A stretch of DNA of 64,000 nt. Origin: Zootoca vivipara. Taxonomy: Eukaryota. Made by a program: the position numbers and the translations under genes. The stretch is from contig NC_083277.1 in assembly GCF_963506605.1 (NCBI RefSeq), forward strand, positions 57,970,001-58,034,000, given 5' to 3'. Below are positions 1-12,870 of this stretch, piece after piece; within the stretch, counting starts at the first letter, position 1, and each line of letters opens with the position of its first letter. The notes below the pieces were generated by a model, which was not told where the DNA came from, did no database searches, and worked only from the letters and a program-made list of their open reading frames with translations.

Positions 1-2
1 TT

Positions 3-3000
3 TCATCTGTCAGCCCCACATCTGCTTTGGAGCTTGGCCTTTCTGCTTGGCTGCCTGCAGGAATTGGCAGAGCACTCTTGCAGATAAAGCAGGCAGCCAT
101 GTGTGAAAGAAGGGGGTGGAGTGGGGGAGCATAGCTTCAGGCATCTCTGTGCCTTTCTACAGGAGAGAATGCTCAGCGCTAACACCATGCAATGCCAGCC
201 AAGCAAATCAGGTTTCGAATGTGTGTCCCGCAGGTCACTCCAGGCTTGCCAAGTCTATTCTGTTTGCTTCTCACCTTTCCTTTCCAAGGGATTCCCCCAC
301 ATCTGTTGTAACTGCAGATTTCTACCTTGTGCCTTTGGTCGTTAAAGGAGGGAGGGGGTAGATCATTTTACTGCAGATTTTGTAGCAAGAAAGTTTGACA
401 TGACTAGTTACTTTCCTTTTGGCCAATCTGAATGAATGTTTGAAATTTGCATGGGTAATATATGCAGTTTTAAGCTTGTTTAAAACAAAAATGATTAGCA
501 CATATCAGGAAGCAACGGCTTGGCTTTGAGAAGTTGTAACTCTACTATGGAGTTGAGAGAGAGAGAGAGAGAGAGAGTATATAATATATGGTTTGAGCTA
601 AATCTTGGGTGAAAAGAGGCTTATTGTGGCCATCTATTCCTCTATCAACAATATATTCCAAACTGTTATAATAAAACTATAATATTTTATTAAACTCTTA
701 GAATCATAGAGTTGGAAGAGACCACAAGGACCATCCAGTCCAACCCCCTGCCACACCATCAAAGCATTCCTGACAGATGGCTGTCAAGCCTCTGCTTAAA
801 GACCTCCAAAGAAGGAGACTCCACCACACTCCTTGGCAGCAAATTCCACTGTCAATCAGCTCTTATTGTCAGGAAGTTCTTCCTAATGTTTAGGTAGAAT
901 CTTCTTTCTTGTAGTTTGAATCCATTGCTCTGTGTCCAGTTCTCTGGAGCAGCAGAAAACAACCTTTCTCCCTCCTCTATATGGCATCCTTTTATATATT
1001 TAAACATGGCTATCATATCACCCCTTAACCTTCTCTTCTCCAGGCTAAACATGCCCAGCTCCCTAAGCTGTTCCTCATAAGGTATCGTTTCCAGGCCTTT
1101 GACCATTTTGGTTGCCCAACAATATATCTTGTTGATATATTCTTGGGGGGAAATGCTATCTGTACTCCTAATAATTACCAGACCTTTAGAAGGCATCTCA
1201 AGGCAGCCCTGTTTAGGGAAGCTTTTAATGTTTGATGGATTTCTGTATTTTAGAATTTCTGGTTTTTTTTTTTTTTTTTTGGAAGCCGCCCAGAGTGGCT
1301 GGGGGAACCCGGCCAGATGGGCGGGGTATAAATAATAAATTATTATTATTATTATTATTACTAATATTAACGCAGAAGGATATATATGTGAAAATAAGAC
1401 AGATAAGCACATGTAAGCATGCATGCATGCACACAATATAAAAATAAGGAGTTTTAGGTACAATCCTATGGTAAAGATCCTCTGGATGAAGGCCTATAGG
1501 ATTTGGTCAGAGGTGGCCCACTCATTAGACCGCGTGAAACAGCTGCCTCCACAGAAACGTAAGAGGCAGTGCCCTGCTCATCCTACCATTTCCAGAATGC
1601 CCCCCCGCTCACCAAATTTCAGGTTTGGGCAAGAGGGAGTCATTCTGGCAAACAGAATCCCCCCCCCCCGGTTTGGTGAGAGCACTGGGTGTTCCAGTGG
1701 GTGGTGGTATCTTTCCCATCCCTGGGCAGAGGAAACAAGCACCAAGGCCTTGTGGAATACCCTCTTTTTGCTAGGTTTCCCTGAGGGAGGGGCACGGTGG
1801 TTGAAAGGGTGGAGTGGATGGCGTAGGGGGCATGGTTTGAGGGAACAGGAGGTAGCACATTCCTGTTCCGCCTCAGGAGTTGAAATGGGACCTGGATTTG
1901 GTAGAACATCAGGTACACCACCACCGTTATAGATGTTGCTGGAGAACACCTCGGGTACACTGCCAAAATAACTGAAATGGGAGGGATTTATGGGAGGGAC
2001 ATGGATAGCTGAGGGAGGGGGAGAACCACACTTCTGCTGTGGTTTAAACTCCTTAAATCTACAGCCACATGTCCTGTCAATAGCGCAATTTATACCAGCC
2101 CCAGACCTGGCACAGGAAATTTCCCACCCATTTTTTCATTGGGACGGGGCGGGATTCAAAAATAGCCCCCTCCAACATTGACAACTGCCCTGCTCACATT
2201 GCTAAAACAGGGCATTAGGTATGGGCCTTGGGTACTTTGAATGGTGTGTAAAAGATGGGAGTTATGTTGAATCCAGGCTGTTCTGCTTTTCTGTGGTATT
2301 GAAATTAAGCAGCCCATGTGCTCATGGGAGATGAACTGCATTTGTGGATTTACGGTTTCGAAATATGCTTTAGAAGCCTCCCATTTTGAAATCCTAATAA
2401 GATACTTTTTAAAAAAGAAACCTAGCAAGCTTTTCACAGAACACGAACAAACAAACCCCTCTCAGAAGATATCCTAATAGTTTTTTCATCTTTCAGTTAT
2501 TTCAGCATTTCGGCAGGGGGTCCCCACTCATATGTTTGAATAGTTAGGGTTGACAACCCAGCAGTTGTGGGTAAATTGGAGCAAGACATGTGTGCAAAAT
2601 CTGTGTAACTGTTGCACTATGTGTGATCTCTGGCATATGTCTATAAATGAAGAATGTTGGCGGGGGGGGGGGCATATGTTTCCATGCTTCTTCCAGTACA
2701 AAGGAGACGGGAGGCTAGGGGGTGGGGGGATGAATACAATTCCTCTTGAGCTGCCAGCCTTCTCTGGCACAGGGACTGGGAGCATGCGTTTCCAAGGCAA
2801 TCAGTAACATCTTACTCATCCCTTTCTCCTATTGTTATCCTGCCAATCTTACATCTTTTAGCCGGGAAAGGAGGATGGACCAGCTGTTGGTACAAGGCCC
2901 CATGCTGTCTCAACCAGGGGGGGGAAACCCCACCTTTAGTTAAAGCTGGTTTTCCTCGTGTAACCGAGGAATGAAGACCTATGTACAGAAACAACAAGAT

Positions 3001-3734
3001 TATTAACAAGGTTGAAGGGGTTTGCTTCAGCCAATGCTATTTATTTCACTGTTTTAAAAATGCAAAGTGGGGTTGAATGCATCAAACCCAGTAATTATGC
3101 ATGCTGTGTTGTTGGAACCTGATGAGACCAGCCCAAAGGGAGTAGTTACTACTAGGGGCATTTCATCTTGAATCCTATAGCTGAGCTCAACAACAACAAC
3201 AACAAACCCCAAACAGGTGAGATACTCTTCATTAATGCAGGAAAGGACCTTTGCTAAGTGGGATTTTCTTGTGAATAAACATATTGATCACAGGGAAATG
3301 CTTTGCAGGATAATGTAATGACCTAGTAAGTTCTGCTTGGAACCTCTGCTTTAATTTCACCTCCAGCTAATTTACCATAAAGCAATGCCTCAGCAATGCT
3401 AAAGCACTCTAATGTGGAAACAACATTGGACTGTACCAGACTGCATGTGAGGGGTCATATATAAAACTACCTGTATGGAGGCAACAGGATATCATGGGAA
3501 AGTTATAACATAATTTCATACTTGCTAACTCTTTCACAAGGGATCGATATACCATAGTTTGGTATATGCAGGGAACCCTTTTCATGGGGAGGCATTCATC
3601 TATGAAGTCCCTTACCATGTAGTCGGAATTGTTAACAGTCCAGGGCCAATTTTACCACTTCGTCTGATATTGTGTGACCCAGCTGTCTTTCCTGATCCCA
3701 GTGGTCTAGGCAAAGTGGCAGGTGCCATTGACAT
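3..3734 (-). CDS. Hypothetical spliced protein of about 223 aa (exons 3734-3656, 2978-2853, 1971-1761, 427-326, 156-3)
   Basis: Phase-consistent GT-AG chain downstream of the X-box promoter. No homology recognised, and splice sites were partly chosen post hoc. Confidence 0.25.
699..1117 (-). mobile_element. CR1 LINE 3' fragment
   Basis: ORF2 C-terminus [23 protein letters not shown] and ATTCTATG-type 3' repeat. Confidence 0.92.
1170..1362 (+). mobile_element. L2 LINE 3' end with (TAT)n tail
   Basis: gaagccgcccagagtggctggg...gggcggggtataaataataaa(tat)n. A second copy lies at 58135-58285. Confidence 0.8.
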
Positions 3735-4711
3735 CTGTGTCCTCAGAGTGATTCTCTGTCATCATCTGCCAGGAACCATAAGAGGTGGCTGCCATGTCAG
3801 GCTGCTAGCCCTTAAGGCAGAAGAGAAGTCAAGAGGATTACACCGGCAGCCTCAAATGGAGATAGTCAATTTGGGCTTTTTTGAGTTTTGCCACTCAAGT
3901 GTTCAACCTGGGAGCAGTTTGCCACTTGTGAAAAAGCAAGTAGACAACTATGTGCATGTCCTGTATGTGATTCTGTACAGAACTCTATATTATTTTATTT
4001 TTATTTAACAAAATTTATAGACTACTTGATTGTAATAATTTTTTTTGAGTACCGGTAATTTACAAGAAATACTAAAAGTACCAATAAGAACCAATTAAAA
4101 CCACATACCAGTAATTAAAAACATTTAAAAGATAAATAAACTAAATAGTAGACAAAAAAGATTAGAAGACATCAACATCTATGTGTCTGGATAGGCTTGG
4201 CTAAGCAAAAAGATTTTAAGCTGGTGCTGAAAAGAGTACAGTGAAGGCTCCCGCCTAATGTCAATAGACAACAAGTTCCAAAGTGTAGCAGCTGCCACAC
4301 TAACAGACCAATTTCTTTAAAGTGTGGAGCAAGCATTATGTGGCACCTGTAACAGTGTCAGCTCCATAGATTGAAGCAGTTGAGTGGCTGCATATAGAGT
4401 AGAGATTTCCCAAGTAAACTGCCCCCAACTGTTAGGGGCTTTATATACCAATAGCAACACCTTGAACTTTGACCGGTAATAAATCGACAACCCGTGCATA
4501 TCTCTGAGCAGAGGTGTTACATGCTGACAGTGTCTCACTCCTGTCAGTTGCTATGCTGCAACATTCTGCAATAGCTGCAATTTTTGCATCAAGCATAAGG
4601 GAAGTCCCACATAGAGTACATTGTTGTAATCCAGTCTTGAAGTCACCAATGCCTAGACAACTGTGGTCAAGCTCTTCTGGTCCCGGAACAGTTGTTGGTG
4701 TTGCACGAAGC

Positions 4712-5031
4712 CATGGGTAGGCAAACTAAGGCTTGGGGGCCGGATCCGGCCCAATCGCCTTCTCGATCCAGCCTGTGGATGGTTCGGAAATCAGTGTGTT
4801 TTTACATGAGTAGAATCTGTGTTTTTATTTAAAATGCATCTCTGGGTTATTTGTGGGGCCTGCCTGGTGTTTGTACATGAGTAGAATGTGTGCTTTTATT
4901 TAAAATCTCTGGGGTATTTGTGGGACATAGGAATTTGTTCATTCCCCCTCCAAAAAAAATATAGTCTGGCCCCTCACAAGGTCTGAGGAACAGTGGACTG
5001 GCCCCCTGCTGAAAAAGTTTGCTGACCCCTG
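4712..5031. mobile_element. hAT (Charlie-like) MITE, family A
   Basis: TIRs catgggtaggcaaact / agtttgctgacccctg. Homologous to 7904-8137 and 21121-21440. Confidence 0.85.
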
Positions 5032-5038
5032 ATAACTA

Positions 5039-5272
5039 CCCTGTTTCTCATATTTTAAGACATTCCCATAAAATAAGCCATAGCAGGATTTTTAAGCATT
5101 CAAGGAATATAAGCCATACCCCGAAAATAAGCCATAGTGATAGGCGCAGCAGCAATGCCGGCCGCGGCAGGAGGAGGAGGAAAAAATAAGACATCCCTTG
5201 AAAATAAGCCATAGTGTGTTTTTTTGAGGAAAAAATAAATATAAGACATGTCTTATAATATGAGAAACACGG
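5039..5272. mobile_element. Tc1/mariner-pogo-type MITE
   Basis: TIRs ccctgtttctcatattttaagacat / atgtcttataatatgagaaacacgg, TA flanks, repeated aaataagccata motif. Confidence 0.85.
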
Positions 5273-7075
5273 TAAGCACAGCTGTTAGAAGGTGCTTTTA
5301 GCCAGTGTGGCTACCTGGGCCTCCAGTATCAAAGCAGGATCCAGAAGCAAGCCCAGGCTGCATACCTGCTCCTTCAGGGGGAGTGCAGTTCTGTATAAGG
5401 CAGGCAACTGACCCGTTTCTTGAACATGGGGACCACTCATATAGAAAAACATACACTTTATGTGATTCAAGGCAGTTTGTTATTTGCTCCAAAAAGAGAG
5501 GAATAATGTTACATAGTTTAATTGAGGTGGTTCCCTCCATATACCAATGTTCGCCTTCACTGCCACCACCGCATGTGCATGCTTGCACATGCACACATGC
5601 TTCTCTCCAGGGACAGTTAAGGTCATGGACTGGGAGCCCTATCCAGAACCCAGTCTATCTATCTTCTGGTGCTATTCACAGCTCCAGGAGATATATGGCA
5701 CTTTATAATTTCACATCCTTCTTGTGTAACACACAGTTGTCATGGTGATTGTGGGCTCAAGGCACCTGTTGCTTTCTTTTGAAAGTATATATGAAGCTCT
5801 TTCAGAGCCATAGAGCTAGATTTAGACAGGGAGGAAAATAAGGTAAAAGGGAGGGGGGGTCCGGAGTGGTGGGGTTGCAGTCTGGGTTTGAGGCGGTTTA
5901 CGATAGAAAGATACCATCACTGCTCTAGGCTGATAAAATGAGGTGCACACACTATGTGCTCTGCTGTTGCTCTCATTGGCTACTAAAAAGCAAAATCCAG
6001 GGCCAACCCAGGATATTTTGCCACTATAGGCAAAACAGAAAGTGCCGCCCCCACCTCTTCCTCTGTGGACTCACTACTCACCTGTCTGCTCACCTAAGAG
6101 TGCCCCTTCATACAGCAATAATGTGCTAACATTGGGGAAGCACCCAGCTTACATATAAATCCACCACTAATGTCAACAACATGTTACAGAATGCACCCAC
6201 AAAGAAACACCACTTTGGAGGGGCGCTTAGTAGAACACCAGCCCATACATACTTATTTACTTTAGTCATTTGCGATAAAAGTACCATAAGACATTATTCC
6301 AGTTTTTCACCAGTTTCTGTTGCCTGGTTGCTTGTGAGACAATGCTTCACAGGCAACCCAGCCTGGGTTTGGGCTGGGCTTTGCAAGCCTGGGCTTGGAA
6401 ACAGGAAGATGAGAGGTGGTTGAAGTAAGGTGGGTGATAACTGGAGTTGGAGTGGGAATTCTCAGGGCAGGGCAAGGGCTAAGCTGGGAGCAGGTTTGGC
6501 ATGGTGGATCAGAAAATATATGATGTGCCAGAGGAGAGGAAAGTACTTTGGTTAGTGGTGTGGACTGACACAGCCCGGTGGTTTGGAAGATGGATAGAAA
6601 CTATTGGAAACTATTGTTTGGTGCAATAAACCACCCTCTTTGGTGAAATACCAATCCAAAGAATATAGCATGCCAACACACCCCAAATCCAAACCTATAT
6701 GCACACAAATATATGATGAGATTGGCATGCTCATATACACACAAATCCAGGGTGGTGGCTTCAGTGTCATAGTGTGTTGGATAAGAAACGAAATAGAATA
6801 CATCCACTCCTGTGAAAGCTGTTGGGCTGCTTATCATGTTGAGAGATTGAGAGCCCGGCACATTAGTATTCACACACACATCGGTCCTGCAAACTAGGAT
6901 TCTTTGTCTCCCCCGGCCCACCTTATCCTGTAGATACCCCACTATCCTGGTGCTTTAATCAACTTTATTTTTATTCCTTCCCTATTTTTAGGTCTCTCTC
7001 TCTCCCCCCTCCCCCTCCCTTGTTCCTACCTCACTGTTTACTGGAAGGAGCATTTTCTTTCTCTGCATCCTCTGT

Positions 7076-7114
7076 GTTGCCTAGCAACCAGGTGCACCGC
7101 AGATGCCAATTGGC
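7076..7114. promoter_or_regulatory. RFX X-box GTTGCCTAGCAAC plus palindromic CCAAT (GCCAATTGGC)
   Basis: Consensus X-box at 7076-7088 and CCAAT on both strands at 7105-7114. Minus-strand donor GAG|GTAGGA at 7030. Confidence 0.55.
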
Positions 7115-7903
7115 TGAGGCCATTCAACCAGCACTAGAAGCATTGTGCCTCCCCCCCCACCCTCCCTTCTTCATATAGACCCACCATACAATTCTAGATA
7201 GAAAGGGGAGTGTGGGTGGGGAAAGGGGATGATTGTGGAAGACAGAGCGACAGAACATCCAGTCAGGAGATGTTGGTACTTCTCTGGGCTCATGATTCAC
7301 TCGAGCTAGGCATGTCCTTGGCGGCAATCGCCAGCTCTCAGCGAAGTGCACTGTGGCCTGCTGAAGCCATGCTTTACATCTCCTATTCCTTCTTTTGCTA
7401 CTGCATAACCCCGTCCGAGGGATAGCTTATTTTCTTCCTCCATGCTGAGAAAACATAACCTTCGTCCTAGTCTTCCCAACCTGTTATTATTGCAGGATCA
7501 CAGACTCACTGGAAATGTTGGCGATTGTTTTGCTTCCATTTTTATCCCACCTTTCAACTCAGAGGGCCCTCGAGGCAACTCGCAAAATGATAAAATGCCA
7601 ATAGAATATGCAGAGGGAGAGAGGGGGGGAAACAGCTGCAGAACAAGGAAACTAACAGCAGGCTATAATTCAGATGTCTGGTCACTTGCTGCCTTCTCGT
7701 TAAAGTAGTAATAAGGGTTTGCCTTTACAGTATTTACTTTTAAGACAGAAGGGAACTAGTTGCACAGGCTTCATAAGGAAAGGGTGTACCATTGCAGAGA
7801 AGGCTCTGCATCCTGCCTAAGGTAGACCATCAGGAGCAAGATCCTACCCTGAGTATATAGGGAGTTGTTTGTAAACTTACATCGTTTCTTACAAACCTAA
7901 TAC

Positions 7904-8137
7904 CATGGGTAGGCAAACTAATGCCCCGGGGGCCGGATCCGGCCCAATCGCCTTCTAAATCCAGCCCGCGGACAGTCTGGGAATCAGTATTTTTACATGA
8001 GTAGAACGTGTCCTTTATTTAAAATGCATCTCTGGGTTATTTGTGGTGCATCCCCCCCAAAAAAATATAGTCCAGTCCACAGCAAGGTCTGAGGGACAGT
8101 GTACCAGCCCCCTGCTGAAAAAAATTGCTGACCCCTG
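7904..8137. mobile_element. hAT MITE, family A
   Basis: Perfect 8-bp TSD CCTAATAC and TIRs. Confidence 0.92.
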
Positions 8138-8170
8138 CCTAATACTGTACAGAAACCAAATGCTATAGAA

Positions 8171-8557
8171 CAGGGGTGGCCAACTTCCAAAAGACTGCGA
8201 TCTACTCATAGAGTTAAAAACTGGCAGTAATCTACCCCCTTTTGGGGGATTGAGGTCAAAGTTGTTGAGCTTTTTTTTTAGGAAGGAAAGCCCTGTTTTC
8301 TGGGGTTCACATAAAAGTTGTTGAGCTTCTTTAAGAAGGTGGAAAGCAACACTGAGCTTTTTTTTTTTAGGAAGGAAAGCCCTGTTTTTGGTGGTTCCGG
8401 TCATTTTAGGGGTGCAGGGCAAAGGTGTTGAGTTTTTTTTAGGGGAGCCAAAGTTTTTTAGCTTCTTTGGGGGGGGGGACCACTGATCTACCGGTGATCT
8501 ACCACAGACATCCAGTGATCTATCGGTAGATCACGATCTACCTGTTGGACATGCCTG
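8171..8557. mobile_element. hAT MITE with internal tandem repeats
   Basis: Perfect 8-bp TSD CTATAGAA, TIRs caggggtggccaac / gttggacatgcctg, repeated aaagttgttgagcttttt units. Confidence 0.9.
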
Positions 8558-9093
8558 CTATAGAATGATCTTTGGCATATTTTGTTTGTTTTGCTACCTT
8601 CTTCCAATACAATATTTGGTTGCAAGCAACTCACTTCTCCCTGCTGGGGCCATAGGCCACCAAAGGAAAAAGGAAAAAAGTGCAGATATTTTAATATACT
8701 AAATATAGTCATATACGTCAATGAAATGATTGACATTGTACACTACAAGAGAAACCAAAGAAAAGAGATGTGTTTAACTCAGTTTTAAGCCTGTAATATA
8801 ATGGTCATTCCGTTTCTCCCCAAAGAACATAGGAATTGTAGTTCTGTTATCAGGGCTAAGCACATCTAAGAGAAGTCTCTGCACTTCAGCAGGCTACAAA
8901 TCCTATGGCTTTGTAGGGGAAGCCCTGGCAGTTAAAACTGTTTTAAGTCTTGCAGTGTGGATATACCATTAGGTGCCCTGGGGAATATTTCTTCCTGACT
9001 TGAATCATCTTATTTTTAACCAGCCACCTATCTCACTTTTTGAACTGATTCAACACACCCATTGCTGAAATTAATGATGTTTGGGGTGGGGGT

Positions 9094-9416
9094 TGAACTA
9101 GTGTAGGTGGGTTCCCACCAGGCAAGGCACAATGATAACAGCAAGAACCTTTATTGAACTACATAACTGGGAAACAGAGGCAAAACAACTATTTATATAC
9201 ATTTCTGAAAGCCTGGGCCACTCGCACTCCCAACGTGCTTGGCTGTCTACACTTCCAAACTGCGAATCACGACTCAGAGTTCAAGCGCCAGTGGCAGAAG
9301 CCAAAATCCTGAAGTGTTCTGTGATTGGGAAACATGTATCGAATCAGAACACAGGAGCTCAGAATCCTTAGTCCAGACTCAAGCTCAGGCAAACAGAGAC
9401 CACTGAATACATAACA
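9094..9416 (-). mobile_element. Solo LTR, copy 1
   Basis: TG...CA ends, 5-bp TSD ggggt/gggat (one mismatch), minus-strand CCAAT, TATA and AATAAA. Homologous to 56951-57268. Confidence 0.8.
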
Positions 9417-11036
9417 GGGATGGAGGGAGAAATGCTTGTCTAGGGACAGAGCATGATGATACCATGGAATAGGAAGTTTGCTCTTCCAAACTTACAAGCT
9501 CCTGGGAAATAGACAAGCTCTTCCTCCTGAGTAGGCTCATCACTTCCCCCTAGGAATCTTCCTGTTTGCCTTCAGTGAATGAACCAGACTGAGCTCATTG
9601 GGATCTTTTTTCCCTGTTTACAAGTCACTTGAAAAAAACAGTGATGTGATAGTGTCCAGCAGTGCTCTGAATTTATTCGTGCTTCATATTTATTTCTAGC
9701 AGCACTCACAGTGAACCAGGCACGGTACTGCACCCACTCCAGCAAAGGCAGGAATGTCCTTCAATTGGCTTTGAAAGTAGAAGACCATAAACAAAGTGAT
9801 TTTTAAACATCGTAGATGATCATAGATCCAACTGGCCCTGGAAGCCTGGTGGTGGCTTGCATTAACAACAAAGAGTCCCATGGAACATTTAAGACTAACA
9901 AATTTATGGCATAAGGTTTCTTGGACTGGAGTCGATTTCATCAATGGCTCTCCCAGGTTTCATGGAAAGTTTTTTTCCTTCCTGAGGCCACATGTCAGTG
10001 GAGGGCGGGGCCAGAACCAAAATTGGATGGAGCAACAGCTGTGACTCTGTATAGTAGGCTTATAGTAGGTTGAACAGGACAAGACTTTTCAGATGTCTAA
10101 AATGTGGTCATAGAACATTTGAGTCTCGTGAAGCCAGTGCTTGTACTTCTGGGTCTTGTGCAAAGAAAGAATGTGTGTTTCTCCCCTGTACATGTGTCAG
10201 GCATGCATGGCAGCTCTCCAAGGGTGGAATATGCATGTCTCCTTAGAGGTGACTCATGAACTCTCTATGGTGAAAATTAGAAAGGGTAGAGCAATTGGAG
10301 GTGGGGAGCTCCACAGGGTACAGCAATAGATTGTGGAATAATGCTTGTGGGGAGTTATGGGATATTATTCTCTGCACATCATTCTAGTGGATGTTAGTAG
10401 TGTGAGCAAGCATTTTAGCTGATGTAGATTTTGTGTTTGCATTACAAACCCAACTGAAGGGGCAAGAGCCATTTTTAAGCTTTAGCCTTGGTTTAAAGAT
10501 AAACCCCAGTGTTGTCATTCTCCACAATAACAGAAGGACAGAAGAGTTCTTGGGCAAAGCAGTGCTGTGTGAAGGGAGGTGATGAATTGCCATGCCAGCG
10601 TTGTTTTCATTTGTCTTAAGGACACAGTGCATGCATCCCTTTCACTCCTGTTCCCCAGGGAAAGGGCATCCTGGTTAGGCCCCTTCCTACGCACCCTGGC
10701 CTCTTCTCTTCCACCCACCCAGCAGAAAGGAACAGTGATTTTGATGTGTGAATTAGCAACTGGAGAGTGATTCATGTGTGAGTCACAGCACAAAGCACAG
10801 GTGGCATCAGGCAAATTATAGGGCACCCACCCAGCACTAGCCTCTTTCAAATGCCAGGATACAGCCACTAATTTGCTCCTTTTATGTACTGAGGGTCCTG
10901 TTCCCTTTCCTTGGATCCTTGCTTTGCTTTCCCTACCCAAAGAGAGTGACAGTAAGCAAAATAACATGGCCGGAAGATCTAACATTCATGCTCTTAAACT
11001 AGTGCACATTCCAGACTAGCCAAGGTGACTCTGTTT

Positions 11037-11235
11037 AGGAACATAGGATGCTGCCTTAAACTGAGTCAGGCTATTGGTCCATCTAGCTCAACGTTGTTTA
11101 CACTTACCGGCAGTAGCTCTCCAAGGTTTCAAGCAGGAATCTCTCCCAACCCCTGCTGGAGAAGCTGGGAATTGAACTTGGGACCTTCTGCATTCTAGGG
11201 AGATGTTCTACCACTGAGCTACAGTCCTCCCCCTA
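11037..11235 (-). mobile_element. tRNA(Ala)-headed squamate SINE
   Basis: Reverse complement has A box gtagctcagtggtagaa and B box gttcaattccc. Same body as 60369-60550. Confidence 0.8.
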
Positions 11236-12639
11236 AGGGCCTTTCTGCTATTGCTAGTGCTCATACTGTACTGAGCAAATGAGTTGATGGGTTCCTTGGA
11301 TTCTACAGGGTTTGGGTGGGTTTCTATTCACACTGATTAATTGGAGTCCATGGCGTTTTTGCCTTGGGCTCCAGGAGAGCAACATCAGGCTTGGAAGTGA
11401 AACAAAAGAGGATCCGGCAATATAGAGATCTTAGGGAGGAAGTAGGACTCTGTTCAGCAAAGACCAAGAGCAGATCCACACAATGGAATAATAGATTCTA
11501 TGCATTTAATGCACATTCAACAAACATTTAGAGCACATGACTAGAGCACTAGATATCAGCCAGCTCCAGGCTGTGGAGATCAGCCGCCTTCAAGTCATAA
11601 TCCCACTCAGCAAGTGAACTTGCCTTATGGGTGCTCCATAGCATCCCACAGCCAAGGTGATCACCTCTGTCCACCTGCCAACTTCCCTCGTCCAAGTGAA
11701 AAAAGACTGGGCAATGCTGAATATCAGAGTTGCTGCCTATGTTGGGGAAGAGGAAAAGGCCCACCTTTATATCCAGTCATCTGTCATGTGCTTCTTGTGG
11801 GATGACGAGTCTCATATAACCAATATGCTTAAGTCTAATTAATTAATGTATGAAAGTGTTAAAACCATAGAGTAAGCTGTCCTGCCAAGCTTAGCTCACT
11901 TTGAGAGGGACTAGGTAATCACGCCTTTGTTCTACTACTATCTACCTGAGAAGCTCAACGTGTGAGGATGTTTGAGCTGCTTGCTGTGGCTCAGACCACA
12001 AAGCTCTAACAAGACCCTCTTGAGTTCATATACCAATAATTTTTATTATTTATTAAATTTGTATACTTCAGTCCATCTGTGGATCTCAGGGCAGTTCACA
12101 ACATAAAAATACAAGATAGAAACACAAAATACATAATAAAGACAAGAACAAAAAAAAACCCCAACCACAACCCTTCCCCACCATAATTTAGGAACTTTCA
12201 GCACTGTAACTAAGCAAAGTTTTACTGCCTGCCAAACTTTTTCTGAATGTTGTATGGGAAAACCACATGAATCTGACCTTTGGAGAGTTTGCAAGCAAAC
12301 AATTTTTAACTTACCAAATGTGTGGTCTTTTTCTGTGCTAGAGGAAGAGGGAAACTTTGGAAGGAACTCACAAGGGCATATTTTAAAGATCTAACAGCCT
12401 ATATTTCTACACTTTGCTGCATATTCTCTGATTTTAAATCTCTGCTGGGGTTCTCTCACCAAAGAGTTGCCCCCAACAGGGTATTCTCATTTTATACCTG
12501 ATTTTTCCTTGCCATCAACACTTTTGTAACACCACAAGTATTCTGTAGCCAATGGTAACAGCTGCTATGAAACTGAGAGAAGTGACCTGCCTCAGGGAGA
12601 TGTATTAGAGGCTGGGGATAGATGAAACCAGGACCATAG

Positions 12640-12870
12640 CTGTGCCATACATTTAAAGCACTATGATGCCACTTTAAACAGCCATGGCTTCCCTCAAAAA
12701 ATCCTGGAAACTGTAGTTAAGGGTACTGAGAGTTGTTAGGAGACCCATATTCCCACTACAGAACTTCAGTTTCTAGAGGGGTTTAACAGGCAATTCATCT
12801 TCCCAGAGAACTCTGGGAATTGTAGTTCTGTGAGGAGAATAAGAATCTGGAGCAGTTTTAAATTCAGTGT
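12640..12870. mobile_element. Palindromic non-autonomous DNA transposon fragment (related copies near 8790-8970, 37570-37970, 41530-41720)
   Basis: Shared ctgggaactgtagtt...gttgttaggagaccc motifs with internal inverted symmetry. Confidence 0.7.

Larger units (their letters stand above)
3985..5445 (-). mobile_element. Degenerate L2 LINE interrupted by two MITEs
   Basis: Reverse-strand remnants HVTPLLRDMHGLSIYYRSKFKVLLLVYKA and SLGLLLDPALILEAQV, typical of L2 ORF2. Confidence 0.8.

Noticed and set aside
2187-2290. Additional exon for the candidate orphan gene (KSRTAWIQ...CFSN, donor gtgagc)
   Set aside because: It is open only in phase 0/0 and creates a stop in the phase required by the neighbouring exons.
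9132-9371. Paralogous small ORFs here and at 57008-57223
   Set aside because: Both lie inside copies of the same solo LTR.
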